Assembly (NCBI GenBank): GCA_963769935.1
Contig: CAVYNY010000038.1
Span: 32,001 to 96,000, forward strand
Origin: an uncultured delta proteobacterium
GTDB lineage: Bacteria; Desulfobacterota; Desulfobacteria; Desulfobacterales; JAFDCJ01
DNA: 64,000 bases
Direction: 5' to 3'
Below are positions 56,097 to 64,000 of this stretch, in pieces; position 1 is the first letter of the stretch, and every line of letters starts with the position of its first letter. The notes below the pieces were generated by a model. The model saw only the letters and a program-made list of their open reading frames with translations. It was not told the DNA's origin and ran no database searches. A program made the position numbers and the translations under genes.

Positions 56097-56102
56097 CCAC
56101 GC

Positions 56103-56486
56103 TCACCCCTTCCCATCCATCTCGTCATACACGCGCTTGGCAACGGCAAAGGCCGAATTGGCAGCCGGAACGCCCGCATATACAGCGACCTGCATAAAGA
56201 CTTCTTTGACTTCATTGCGCGTAACGCCTGTATTGCGGGTGGCCCGCACATGCAGGGCCAATTCCTCATGCTTGCCCAGCGCCGCCAGCATTGCGATGGT
56301 GAGCAATTGCCGCGTCTTAATTTCAAGACCCGGCCTGACCCAAACGGAACCCCAGGCACATTCTGTAATGTAGCGCTGAAAGTCGTTGTCAAAATCCGAC
56401 TTCTGGGCTTCGGCGCGTGCGACATGATCTTCGCCGAGCACAGATTTACGAATCTGCATACCTTTTTCGAACTTTTCGTCAATCAC
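56103..56486 (-). CDS. pcaC: 4-carboxymuconolactone decarboxylase
   Basis: GMQIRKSVLGEDHV, DFQRYITECAWGSVW.RPGL and VYAGVPAANSAF. Confidence 0.92.
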   Translation of the reverse strand: MIDEKFEKGMQIRKSVLGEDHVARAEAQKSDFDNDFQRYITECAWGSVWVRPGLEIKTRQLLTIAMLAALGKHEELALHVRATRNTGVTRNEVKEVFMQVAVYAGVPAANSAFAVAKRVYDEMDGKG

Positions 56487-56760
56487 TGCGGATGCCCTCC
56501 AGAAAATCGATTACCTGTCGCGAAAATAACTCCGGTTGCTCGACACAGGAAATATGAGAGGCACCTTCAATAAGGGAAAATTCCGCCCCGATCACGGCCC
56601 CGGCGAGTTCCCGCGCAAGTTCAGGCGGCGTGGCCAGGTCCTGGTCGCCGCACAACACCAGCGTCGGCCGCTTGATGGCGGCGGCGACTTCACGCAAGTC
56701 GGCGTCCCGAACTGCGCAGCACGTGCCGATGTACCCCTCGACGGGTGTTCTTTCCAGCAT
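56479..56760 (-). pseudogene. pcaD: C-terminal fragment of 3-oxoadipate enol-lactonase
   Basis: EGYIGTCCAVRDADLR..PTLVLCGDQDLATPP..ASHISCVEQP. Only 93 aa; the nucleophile-bearing N-terminal part is absent. Confidence 0.8.
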
Positions 56761-57041
56761 AATGAACGACTTTATTTACTTCTACAAAAGACATGCCTGA
56801 ACACCCGACCAGGTTAAAAGAAAATCCAACAGGCGGAACCCGAAAATGAAAATAACAAGGAGAAAATCAGCTCTGATTGCCGGAGTCGAATAAGTATACC
56901 TGCAAACTAAACACTGGTGAAGAATTATCAAGTAGTCTGCTTTAAAATATCTCCTTCGCCCTGGTGTTTCTCGGATCGTGGCAAAATCAGAAAGTTGACT
57001 TTCATTGAGTTAATGCTTAAGTAACCGTTCAGGAATATGAG

Positions 57042-57281
57042 GTTCAGGGTTCAGTGTTCAAAGGTTCATGGCTCTATTTCGATTGGAAATGTGACCAATA
57101 ATGTGACCAATAAATATGGAAGTTAATGAACTCTATCGTTATAATTTAGGCTGAAGTTAATGGCGGGAAGACTTCGGCAGGTAGCGACTGGGCTAAACCC
57201 TGCCTGTGCGATCAAAGCGCGCAGCGCGAAGCCCCAAACCACTGAACCTCTGAACCCCCTGAACCCTGCACCTCTGAACCC
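57042..57281. repeat. Inverted TGAACC arrays upstream of pobA
   Basis: gttcagggttcagtgttcaaaggttca versus actgaacctctgaaccccctgaaccctgcacctctgaacc. Confidence 0.65.
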
Positions 57282-57303
57282 TTTCCAAAAAGGAGTTCTT
57301 CCA

Positions 57304-58485
57304 ATGAAGACAGAGACGCAAGTCGGCATCATCGGGGCCGGTCCGTCCGGCCTGCTGCTCTCTCATCTGCTGCACCTGGAGGGCATCGACTCGGTTGTGC
57401 TGGAAGCGCGCAGCCGCCAATATGTCGAGGAACGCGTGCGGGCAGGCGTTCTTGAGCAGGGTACGGTCGACCTGCTGTGCGAGACCGGCCTCGGCGACAG
57501 ACTCCGGCGTGAAGGACTGGTGCACCACGGCATCGAGCTGCGTTTCGACGGCCGCGGTCATCGGATCGCCCTGAGCGATCTTACCGGCGGCCGTGCCATC
57601 TGGATCTACGGCCAGCAGGAGGTCGTCAAAGACCTGAACAATGCCCGGCTGGCAGCGGGCGCAACGATCCACTTCGAAGTAAATGACGTGCGGCTGGCCG
57701 GCATCGAGTCTGCCAGCCCTGTTATTCAATACCGCAAAGATGACCGGGAGCACACTCTGGCCTGTGATTTCATTGCCGGGTGCGACGGATTCCACGGTGT
57801 GTCGCGGGATTCGATTCCGAGCGGCGTCCTGCGGACCTACCAGCACGATTACCCGTTCGGATGGCTGGGGATTCTGGCCGCCGTCGCACCGTCGACCAAA
57901 GAGTTGATTTATGCCTCTCACGACCGGGGGTTCGCCCTGCACAGCCTCAGAACCCCTGAAATCAGCCGCCTATACATTCAGGTGAACCCCGACGCGGACA
58001 TCAATGAATGGCCGGATGAACGCATCTGGGAAGAACTCAGCCTGCGCCTGGCTACCGATGACGGCTGGACGCTGACCGACGGACCGATCCTGGAAAAGGG
58101 CATTACTTCTCTGCGCAGCTTCGTTGTCGAGCCCATGCAGCACGGCCGGCTGTTCCTGGCGGGGGACGCCGCGCACATCGTGCCTGCCACCGGGGCCAAG
58201 GGGTTGAACCTGGCGGTGCATGATGTGCGGATACTCGCGGAAAGCCTCACCGCCTGGTTCCGCACCGGTGCCACCGAGCTCCTTGAGCAATACTCAACCA
58301 AGTGCCTGCGCCGGGTTTGGCGAGTCCAGGATTTCTCGGCATTTATGAGCCTGATGCTGCACCGTTTTCCCGACGACGACGGATTCAGGGGCCGCCTGCA
58401 ACGCGCGCAGCTGGCGTACGTCTGCAGCTCGGAAGCTGCGGCACGCAGCCTGGCGGAGAACTATGTCGGACTGCCGCATGTATAA
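57304..58485 (+). CDS. pobA: 4-hydroxybenzoate 3-monooxygenase
   Basis: Motifs TQVGIIGAGPSGL, RVRAGVLEQG, YGQQE, CDFIAGCDGFHG, YPFGWLG, GDAAHIVP.TGAKGLN and AENYVGLP. ATG 57304 behind AAGGAG. Confidence 0.95.
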   Translation: MKTETQVGIIGAGPSGLLLSHLLHLEGIDSVVLEARSRQYVEERVRAGVLEQGTVDLLCETGLGDRLRREGLVHHGIELRFDGRGHRIALSDLTGGRAIWIYGQQEVVKDLNNARLAAGATIHFEVNDVRLAGIESASPVIQYRKDDREHTLACDFIAGCDGFHGVSRDSIPSGVLRTYQHDYPFGWLGILAAVAPSTKELIYASHDRGFALHSLRTPEISRLYIQVNPDADINEWPDERIWEELSLRLATDDGWTLTDGPILEKGITSLRSFVVEPMQHGRLFLAGDAAHIVPATGAKGLNLAVHDVRILAESLTAWFRTGATELLEQYSTKCLRRVWRVQDFSAFMSLMLHRFPDDDGFRGRLQRAQLAYVCSSEAAARSLAENYVGLPHV

Positions 58486-58764
58486 TTCCGATTGAAGTTA
58501 TTAGTTGATAGTTATTAGTTAATAGCTTTAGAGGAATACTATCCTGCCTTATTGTTTCCTTTACCGATTATTTTGCAGACATGGAATGGATCTCCATTTA
58601 CAACCGCCCAACCAATCAACGATTACCTATATCCTTAAATATGCTTTTTTGACGTGTTCGTTTCCTAGCAGATCCCTGCTCCCGCCGCTCAGTACAATGC
58701 GTCCGTTTTCCAGGACATAGGCTCTATCGGCGACCTCCAGCGCGTGCTGCACATTTTTTTATGC

Positions 58765-58822
58765 TTGACACATTTAAATGAATCGTTTAATATCCAGAAC
58801 AGTCGTTCTACATAGAGAACGA
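58765..58822 (+). promoter_or_regulatory. Sigma70-like promoter (TTGACA-17-TAATAT) followed by the palindrome TCGTTCT-N6-AGAACGA
   Basis: TTGACA 58765-58770, TAATAT 58788-58793 and palindrome 58803-58822, upstream of iclR. Confidence 0.55.
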
Positions 58823-58846
58823 TTTATTAATCAGGGCGGAGTAATT

Positions 58847-59623
58847 ATGCCGAATGAATTCAAAAACGTCCCGGCCATCGAAAAGTGTTTTGCAATCCTG
58901 CAGCTTTTTGCAAAATCAAAACAGGGGCTTGGCATCAGCGAAATTTCCAAACAGCTCAAATTGAACAAGAGCACGGTATTCGGCATCATTTACACCCTGA
59001 AACATCTGCAGGTCCTCGAACAAAATCAGGACGGTAAATTTCACTTCGGCACCCTACTCTATCTGTTGGGCAACGCCAACGGACAAAAATCCGAACTCAT
59101 TCAAACGGTTCACCCCTATTTGGAAAAGATAAACCGGGAGACGAAGCTATCGGCCTTCCTGGGAATTCGATCCGAAAACCAGGCAGTTATCCTCGACAAG
59201 GTCGATACGGCTTATGACATCAAGATCTCATCCGAGATCGGCATGCGCCTGCCTTTAACGGCCGGTGCCGGCGGCAAAGCGCTGCTGAGCCAGCTTGCGA
59301 ACCGTGAGATCGACCGGATTCTGAGCGCCGCCACCTTAAAAAAATTCACCGCCCGAACATGCGTGAACAAAAGCCAAATTAAGATGGATATCATAAATAT
59401 CAGAGAAAAGGGCATTGCTGTCGACGATGAGGAATATATCGACGGCGTCCTCGCTTTGTCGGTGCCGCTTAATGCGTACCGGCCGGATCTTCAGGCCGCC
59501 CTATGGGCCGTGGGATTAAGGCAGCAGATTCGACCGGAAACTATACCCGCAATCAGCGATTATTTAAAAAATACTGCAAATGAGATAAACCAACGGTTCT
59601 ATAAAATGCCGGTCGAGTTTTAA
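58847..59623 (+). CDS. IclR-family transcriptional regulator
   Basis: VPAIEK, LNKSTVFGII, GAGGKALL and AVDDEEY; ATG 58847. Confidence 0.9.
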   Translation: MPNEFKNVPAIEKCFAILQLFAKSKQGLGISEISKQLKLNKSTVFGIIYTLKHLQVLEQNQDGKFHFGTLLYLLGNANGQKSELIQTVHPYLEKINRETKLSAFLGIRSENQAVILDKVDTAYDIKISSEIGMRLPLTAGAGGKALLSQLANREIDRILSAATLKKFTARTCVNKSQIKMDIINIREKGIAVDDEEYIDGVLALSVPLNAYRPDLQAALWAVGLRQQIRPETIPAISDYLKNTANEINQRFYKMPVEF

Positions 59624-59681
59624 AAAAATTTGTCCTTTTTAATTCGAGTTTATCAGTAATTAGAGTCTTAGGAGGTAGAAA

Positions 59682-61766
59682 ATGGGTGATGTCAAAAAAG
59701 TTAGAACGGCCTGCCGCCAGTGTCATGGGGGATGCGGGGTTATCGCTCACGTGCAGGACGGTAAAGTCATCAAGGTCGAAGGGGATCCGAATTCTCCCAT
59801 CAGCCACGGCACGCTGTGCAGCAAAGGGCTCTCGGTGACCCAACTGGCCTATCATCCCGATCGCATACTTCACCCCATGCGCAAAACTGCGCAGGGCTGG
59901 CAGCGGATTACCTGGGACGAAGCCCTGAATACGATCGTCGAAAAGTTCAACGCCGTCATTGCCGAGCACGGACCGGAATCCATCGTTGTCGGGCAGGGTA
60001 CCGGCCGGGATTATGAAAGTCATCTTTACCGGTTTGCCAACCAGCTGGGTACACCCAATGTCCTGACCGCCGGACATATGTGCTACGTCTCGCGCGTTGC
60101 GTCAACCCTGGTTACGGTCGGCAATCTTCCCATCTGTGATTATGCCGGCGGACCCAAATGCATTGTTTTGTGGGGCTGCAACCCGCTGTGGACCAACCCG
60201 GATGAATATAAAGGCGAGGGATTCTGGCGCGCCTACAAGCGGGGGGCCAAACTTATTTGCATCGATCCACGCAAAGGATTCACGGCCCAAAAAGCAGATC
60301 TCTGGCTGCAGCTGCGACCGGGCACCGATGCGGCCCTGGCCATGGGGTTTCATCATGTGATTCTGGAGGAAGAACTTTACGACCGGGAATTCACCGAAAA
60401 CCATATCAACGGCTGGGACGCTTTCAAGGATAGGGTCCAAGCGTATCCGCTGGAAAAGGTGCAGGAAATAACCTGGGTCGATAAGGAACTTATCCGCCGG
60501 GCCGCCAGAATGTATGCCAAAACCAAGCCGGCCTGTATTCATTGGGGCGTTCCCACCGAGCAGACCAACAACTGTGCCGACTGCACCCGCACCCTTACCG
60601 GGCTGATGGCGGCAACCGGCAATCTGGATGCGCCCGGAGGCAACGTTCTCTATGTCAATCCGCCCACGCGGACCGTGGCTGAATTTTCCCGCCACAAAGA
60701 TCTTTCCCGGGAACAGCGGGCCAAACGGCTGGGCGGCGACCGGTACAAGCTCGGCGGCAGGGTGGCTTTTATCACCCCCAAGGTCGCCTGGGAGGCCATT
60801 CTCACCGGTCAACCTTACCCGCTGAAAGCGGGCTTGTTGTGCGGCACCAATCCCGTATCGACGCGGGCCAACGCCGGGGAGGTTTACCGGGCGCTTGATA
60901 AGCTGGAGTTTCTGGCAGTGATTGATTTTTTCATGACCCCCACGGCCGATCTGGCCGACATTTTTCTACCGGCCGGCACCTGGCTGGAGCAGAATCATGT
61001 GGCCGACAACTGGAAGCGGCACGGGTATGTTCTGGCCCGCCAGAAGTGTGTTGAGATCGGTGAGGCCTGGCAGGACCATAAAATCTTTTTAGAGCTCGGC
61101 AAGCGCATGGGTCAGGAATGGTGGGACACCGTGGAAGATTCCCTTGACTACCTGCTCGAACCGGCCGGACTTACCTGGGAAGAGTTTAAAAAGGTCGGAT
61201 ATTTAAAAGGCGAGATGGTCTACCACAAATACAAAGAGCGGGGATTTTCAACCCCCACGGGCAAAGTGGAGCTTTATTCAACCGTGCTGGAAAAATGGGG
61301 CTATGATCCCCTGCCCAAGTATACGGAACTGGCCGAAAGCCCGGTTTCCAAGCCGGAACTGTTGGACCGCTTTCCTTACATTCTCAATGCCGGGCTGCGC
61401 ACCCCGACCTACTTTCACTCCGCGAACCGCAACCTGCCATGGCTGCGGGAAATCCGTCCCGATCCTATCGTGGAGATCCATCCGGACACCGCGCAAAAGC
61501 ATGGCATCAAGGACGGGGATTGGGTCTACATCGAATCGCCGCGTGGCGGCGCCAGGGAGCGGGCCAAGTTGAACGACGGGATCGACCCCCGGGTAATCGT
61601 TGCCGAGCATGGCTGGTGGTACCCGGAAATCAAAGAACACGGTCATGGCTGGGATATATCCAACATCAACATGCTGACGGACAATTCCCACGAAAGCATG
61701 GATCCGGCCATCGGCGCCACCAATCTAAGGACGTGTTTATGCAGGATCGCGCCGGCTGAGGTATAA
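59682..61766 (+). CDS. DMSO-reductase-family (bis-PGD Mo/W) oxidoreductase catalytic subunit, acetylene-hydratase-like clade, cytoplasmic
   Basis: CRQCHGGC...LCSKG [4Fe-4S], ITWDEAL, HMCY, RPGTDAAL, ADIFLP and C-terminal VEIHP..A..GI.DGD; no Tat signal. Confidence 0.88.
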   Translation: MGDVKKVRTACRQCHGGCGVIAHVQDGKVIKVEGDPNSPISHGTLCSKGLSVTQLAYHPDRILHPMRKTAQGWQRITWDEALNTIVEKFNAVIAEHGPESIVVGQGTGRDYESHLYRFANQLGTPNVLTAGHMCYVSRVASTLVTVGNLPICDYAGGPKCIVLWGCNPLWTNPDEYKGEGFWRAYKRGAKLICIDPRKGFTAQKADLWLQLRPGTDAALAMGFHHVILEEELYDREFTENHINGWDAFKDRVQAYPLEKVQEITWVDKELIRRAARMYAKTKPACIHWGVPTEQTNNCADCTRTLTGLMAATGNLDAPGGNVLYVNPPTRTVAEFSRHKDLSREQRAKRLGGDRYKLGGRVAFITPKVAWEAILTGQPYPLKAGLLCGTNPVSTRANAGEVYRALDKLEFLAVIDFFMTPTADLADIFLPAGTWLEQNHVADNWKRHGYVLARQKCVEIGEAWQDHKIFLELGKRMGQEWWDTVEDSLDYLLEPAGLTWEEFKKVGYLKGEMVYHKYKERGFSTPTGKVELYSTVLEKWGYDPLPKYTELAESPVSKPELLDRFPYILNAGLRTPTYFHSANRNLPWLREIRPDPIVEIHPDTAQKHGIKDGDWVYIESPRGGARERAKLNDGIDPRVIVAEHGWWYPEIKEHGHGWDISNINMLTDNSHESMDPAIGATNLRTCLCRIAPAEV

Positions 61767-62005
61767 ATTCCAAATTTCAAATACCAAAATACAAATAAAT
61801 CCCAAATCGCAATACTCAATGACCGAAACATGCCAATCTGAGAAAATTTTGTTGTTCTTTTTCTTTTTTGAATTTTCGTTCTTTCGCGATAAAGGATCGC
61901 TTATTTATCAGAAGCGATATAAAAACAGATGAAGTCCGGTTTGGAATTTTGAATTTTGGTCATTGTAATTTGTTTGGGATTTGTGATTTGAAATTTGAGA
62001 TTTTG
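61767..62005. repeat. Inverted heptamer arrays (caaat../..atttg)
   Basis: attccaaatttcaaataccaaaatacaaataaatcccaaat versus ttggaattttgaattttggtcattgtaatttgtttgggatttgtgatttgaaatttg. Confidence 0.75.
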
Positions 62006-62016
62006 AATAAGCATAC

Positions 62017-62394
62017 ATGACGGACAGAGCTATTAAACAAGGAGCAGCTGATACGTCCACCTGGATCGATCCCGCCACCGGACTGGAATGGCAGTGTGAT
62101 TCTCCGGGCCCGATGAACTGGCACGCCGCGCAATCCTATGCCGGCTGCCTGTCAATAAACGGCAAAGACGATTGGCGCCTGCCGACCGCCAGTGAACTGG
62201 AAACCTTATTGGACCGGACTAAATATCGACCGGTTATGCGTGAAGAGATTCCTTTTCGAGACACCTTGAGCTATTGGTCGTCCACCACCTTTGAACCCGC
62301 TAAAGCCAGCGCCTGGATCGTGATGTTCGACGGCGCCTATGTGCTCAGTTACTATAAGACGAACAAATATCATGTCCGCTGCGTCCGGGGATGA
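62017..62394 (+). CDS. DUF1566 (Lcl C-terminal-like) domain protein
   Basis: DPATGLEWQ, MNW.AA, DWRLPT..EL, YWSST, AWIV.F and VRCVR. Confidence 0.85.
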   Translation: MTDRAIKQGAADTSTWIDPATGLEWQCDSPGPMNWHAAQSYAGCLSINGKDDWRLPTASELETLLDRTKYRPVMREEIPFRDTLSYWSSTTFEPAKASAWIVMFDGAYVLSYYKTNKYHVRCVRG

Positions 62395-62487
62395 AACCTA
62401 ATTCAAAACGATTTAAATTTATTCCGTTAAACCTTATTGTCTTTTGTTTAACCGGGACGATCTCAGCGAACAACAGGAGTAGCAGCA

Positions 62488-62955
62488 ATGCCGAAATTTT
62501 CTTTGATGTTTTACAAGAAAGACTGTATGGGGTGCCATGCCTGTGAGGTGGCCTGCAAACAGGAACACGAACTGGGTGTCGGTCCGCGACTGGTGCGGGT
62601 CATCGAAAAATCACCTGATTTTTTCCCGGTTTACTGTCACCATTGTGCCGACGCACCGTGCCGGGAGGCTTGCCCGGTGGGAGCCATCTCAAGAAATGAA
62701 ATGGGCATCGTCCTCATCGATGAAAAATTGTGCATCGGGTGCAAAGAGTGTTTGGAGGCCTGCCCGTTCGGAGCCATGCAGTATGATGACAATCGGGAAA
62801 CCGCCGTCAAATGCGATCTCTGCCGTGATCGTCTGCAAAACAACCAAGCACCGGCCTGCTATTCGGTGTGCCCCACGCGCTGCATATCCTGGGGAGAAAC
62901 AACCGCACTTTCCGCACGCATCGTCCAGGAGGCCCTGCCTCGAAGGATGAAATAG
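62488..62955 (+). CDS. 4Fe-4S multicluster electron-transfer subunit (DmsB-like)
   Basis: CMGCHACEVAC, CHHCADAPCREACP, CIGCKECLEACP and KCDLC..PAC..CP. Confidence 0.92.
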   Translation: MPKFSLMFYKKDCMGCHACEVACKQEHELGVGPRLVRVIEKSPDFFPVYCHHCADAPCREACPVGAISRNEMGIVLIDEKLCIGCKECLEACPFGAMQYDDNRETAVKCDLCRDRLQNNQAPACYSVCPTRCISWGETTALSARIVQEALPRRMK

Positions 62956-63123
62956 GCACATAGTTCCGGGCGGGCGAGGATAAGCTTCCGCCCCTACCTA
63001 ACCGGTCAACGAGAAGGGTCGACAATTTTCGGAACCTGGCTATTGGGCAACGGCCGCCGGCAGCGGAAGCAATTTTTGCAAAAAAATCTACCGATGACAA
63101 AAGCCGGTGCCCGCAACGGCATA

Positions 63124-63297
63124 ATGGCTTTCTCGCACATTTATTACGGCTGGATCATTGTAGGGATGGCATTGGTCTCTAGGGCCCGCTTCTGCTTTTT
63201 GAAACCAGCGGCGCCAGGCTGTTGACGTAAGGCTTCTTTATTTTTTTCGGAATGGGATGGGGAGTTACGGCCCCGATGTTTATGTCGGTGGCGGCCC
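63124..63297 (+). pseudogene. MFS transporter remnant
   Basis: N-terminal MAFSHIYYGWIIVGMALVS and an out-of-frame FFGMGWGVTAPMFMSVAA fragment. Confidence 0.45.
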
Positions 63298-63336
63298 CCC
63301 CCAAAGTTCGCCGCTGGCAGGACTCATGCGATACTG

Positions 63337-63525
63337 TTAAGATTCACTGTCCAGCTCGACCAGGTCCGCAACATTAATTTCCAGCATCTTGATACTGGCT
63401 AAAATTCGAATGCTGTTTCTGGCCAAGGCCGGAAAATTTTCTCCCATCCGGTTCAATTCCTCAGCAGTGCTCTTCAACTCCCGAATTTTATCATAAATCT
63501 TTTTTATATCGTATTGAGCCTTCAT
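63337..63525 (-). CDS. Small hypothetical protein (62 aa)
   Basis: ATGA overlap with the upstream CoA-ligase stop; helical, FPALARN..RILASIKMLE. Confidence 0.65.
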   Translation of the reverse strand: MKAQYDIKKIYDKIRELKSTAEELNRMGENFPALARNSIRILASIKMLEINVADLVELDSES

Positions 63526-64000
63526 TGATTTTTCTTTCTCAGATCTTTAAAGCGTTTGGCCTTGATCTCATACCGCGGCAGCGTATCACAGCCGCAGATT
63601 TCCAGGTCGTAGCGCAGATTGGTCTTCAATCTGAGCTGATCGGCCAGCTCCTCTTCGATTAATTGACACTGGTCCTGGGCTTCGGGCAACACCTCCACTT
63701 TAAGCTTTATCCGATCCGTATCGCCGACTTTGTCGACAATCACCTCGTACTCGTCGCCCAGTCCGTCCACGCTTCGCACAACTTCTTCAATCGCCGACGG
63801 AGCCAGCAGCACGCCCTTGACCTTGGTGATATCATCGGCCCGGCCGAGGACGCCGCCTTTGATCAGGCGCGCTGTTCGGCCGCAGGAGCAAGGTTCGACC
63901 GACCATTCGATGATATCCTTGGAATCAAAACGCACGCAGGGCTGGGCCTGACGGTCCAGGGCGGTGATGATCATTTTCCCGCGCCGTCCGGGCGCTTCGA
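63522..64000 (-). CDS. Phenylacetate-CoA ligase (PaaK)-family protein, 3' part
   Basis: PCVRFDSKD, CSCGRT, GRADD..KVKGV and LPR.E.KAKR; the 5' part lies beyond the window edge. Confidence 0.85.
   Translation of the reverse strand, partial: EAPGRRGKMIITALDRQAQPCVRFDSKDIIEWSVEPCSCGRTARLIKGGVLGRADDITKVKGVLLAPSAIEEVVRSVDGLGDEYEVIVDKVGDTDRIKLKVEVLPEAQDQCQLIEEELADQLRLKTNLRYDLEICGCDTLPRYEIKAKRFKDLRKKNQ

Noticed and set aside
57160..57303. N-terminal extension of PobA (EPLNPLNPAPLNP)
   Set aside because: This is translation of the TGAACC repeat array; the real start is ATG 57304, which has an RBS.

Overview
This 64-kb window is a molybdoenzyme and aromatic-catabolism island, probably from a Desulfobacterota/Desulfobacterales-type anaerobe. 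The taxonomy is inferred from the mop cluster, the DsrC-family genes and the intergenic repeat style; it is not shown directly. From left to right it holds: (1) a Liv-type ABC transporter; (2) an OprO/P-type porin, modA, a cysteine desulfurase and an orphan gene; (3) two convergent paralogous single-chain aldehyde-oxidoreductase-like Mo-hydroxylases, each directly followed by a one-cysteine TusE/DsrC-like protein, where the second enzyme carries three +1 frameshifts and lies downstream of a P5C dehydrogenase; (4) a sensor-less ModE-like regulator; (5) a mop aldehyde oxidoreductase operon with an Fe-S flavoprotein, small Cys-rich proteins, a radical SAM protein, a CoA-ligase-like protein, XdhC and a MocA-HD fusion; (6) a second Hcr-like heterotrimer with ThiF/ThiS; (7) hcrBCA-fdhD with a divergent IclR regulator and CoA ligase; (8) a 7-kb esterase/TetR cassette bounded by ~497-bp direct repeats; (9) an O2-dependent pobA/pcaHGBC(D) set with a BKACE gene in place of pcaIJF; and (10) an IclR regulator, a DMSO-reductase-family enzyme and its Fe-S subunit. 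The best candidates for new biology are a desulfurase-to-TusE/DsrC sulfur relay dedicated to Mo-hydroxylases, side-by-side anaerobic and aerobic 4-hydroxybenzoate routes with a possible BKACE shortcut, and a three-site GYTATRTCA-N4-TGAYATARC palindromic regulon. No rRNA, tRNA, CRISPR array, integrase or transposase was seen. All functional calls are by motif recognition, without database searches.
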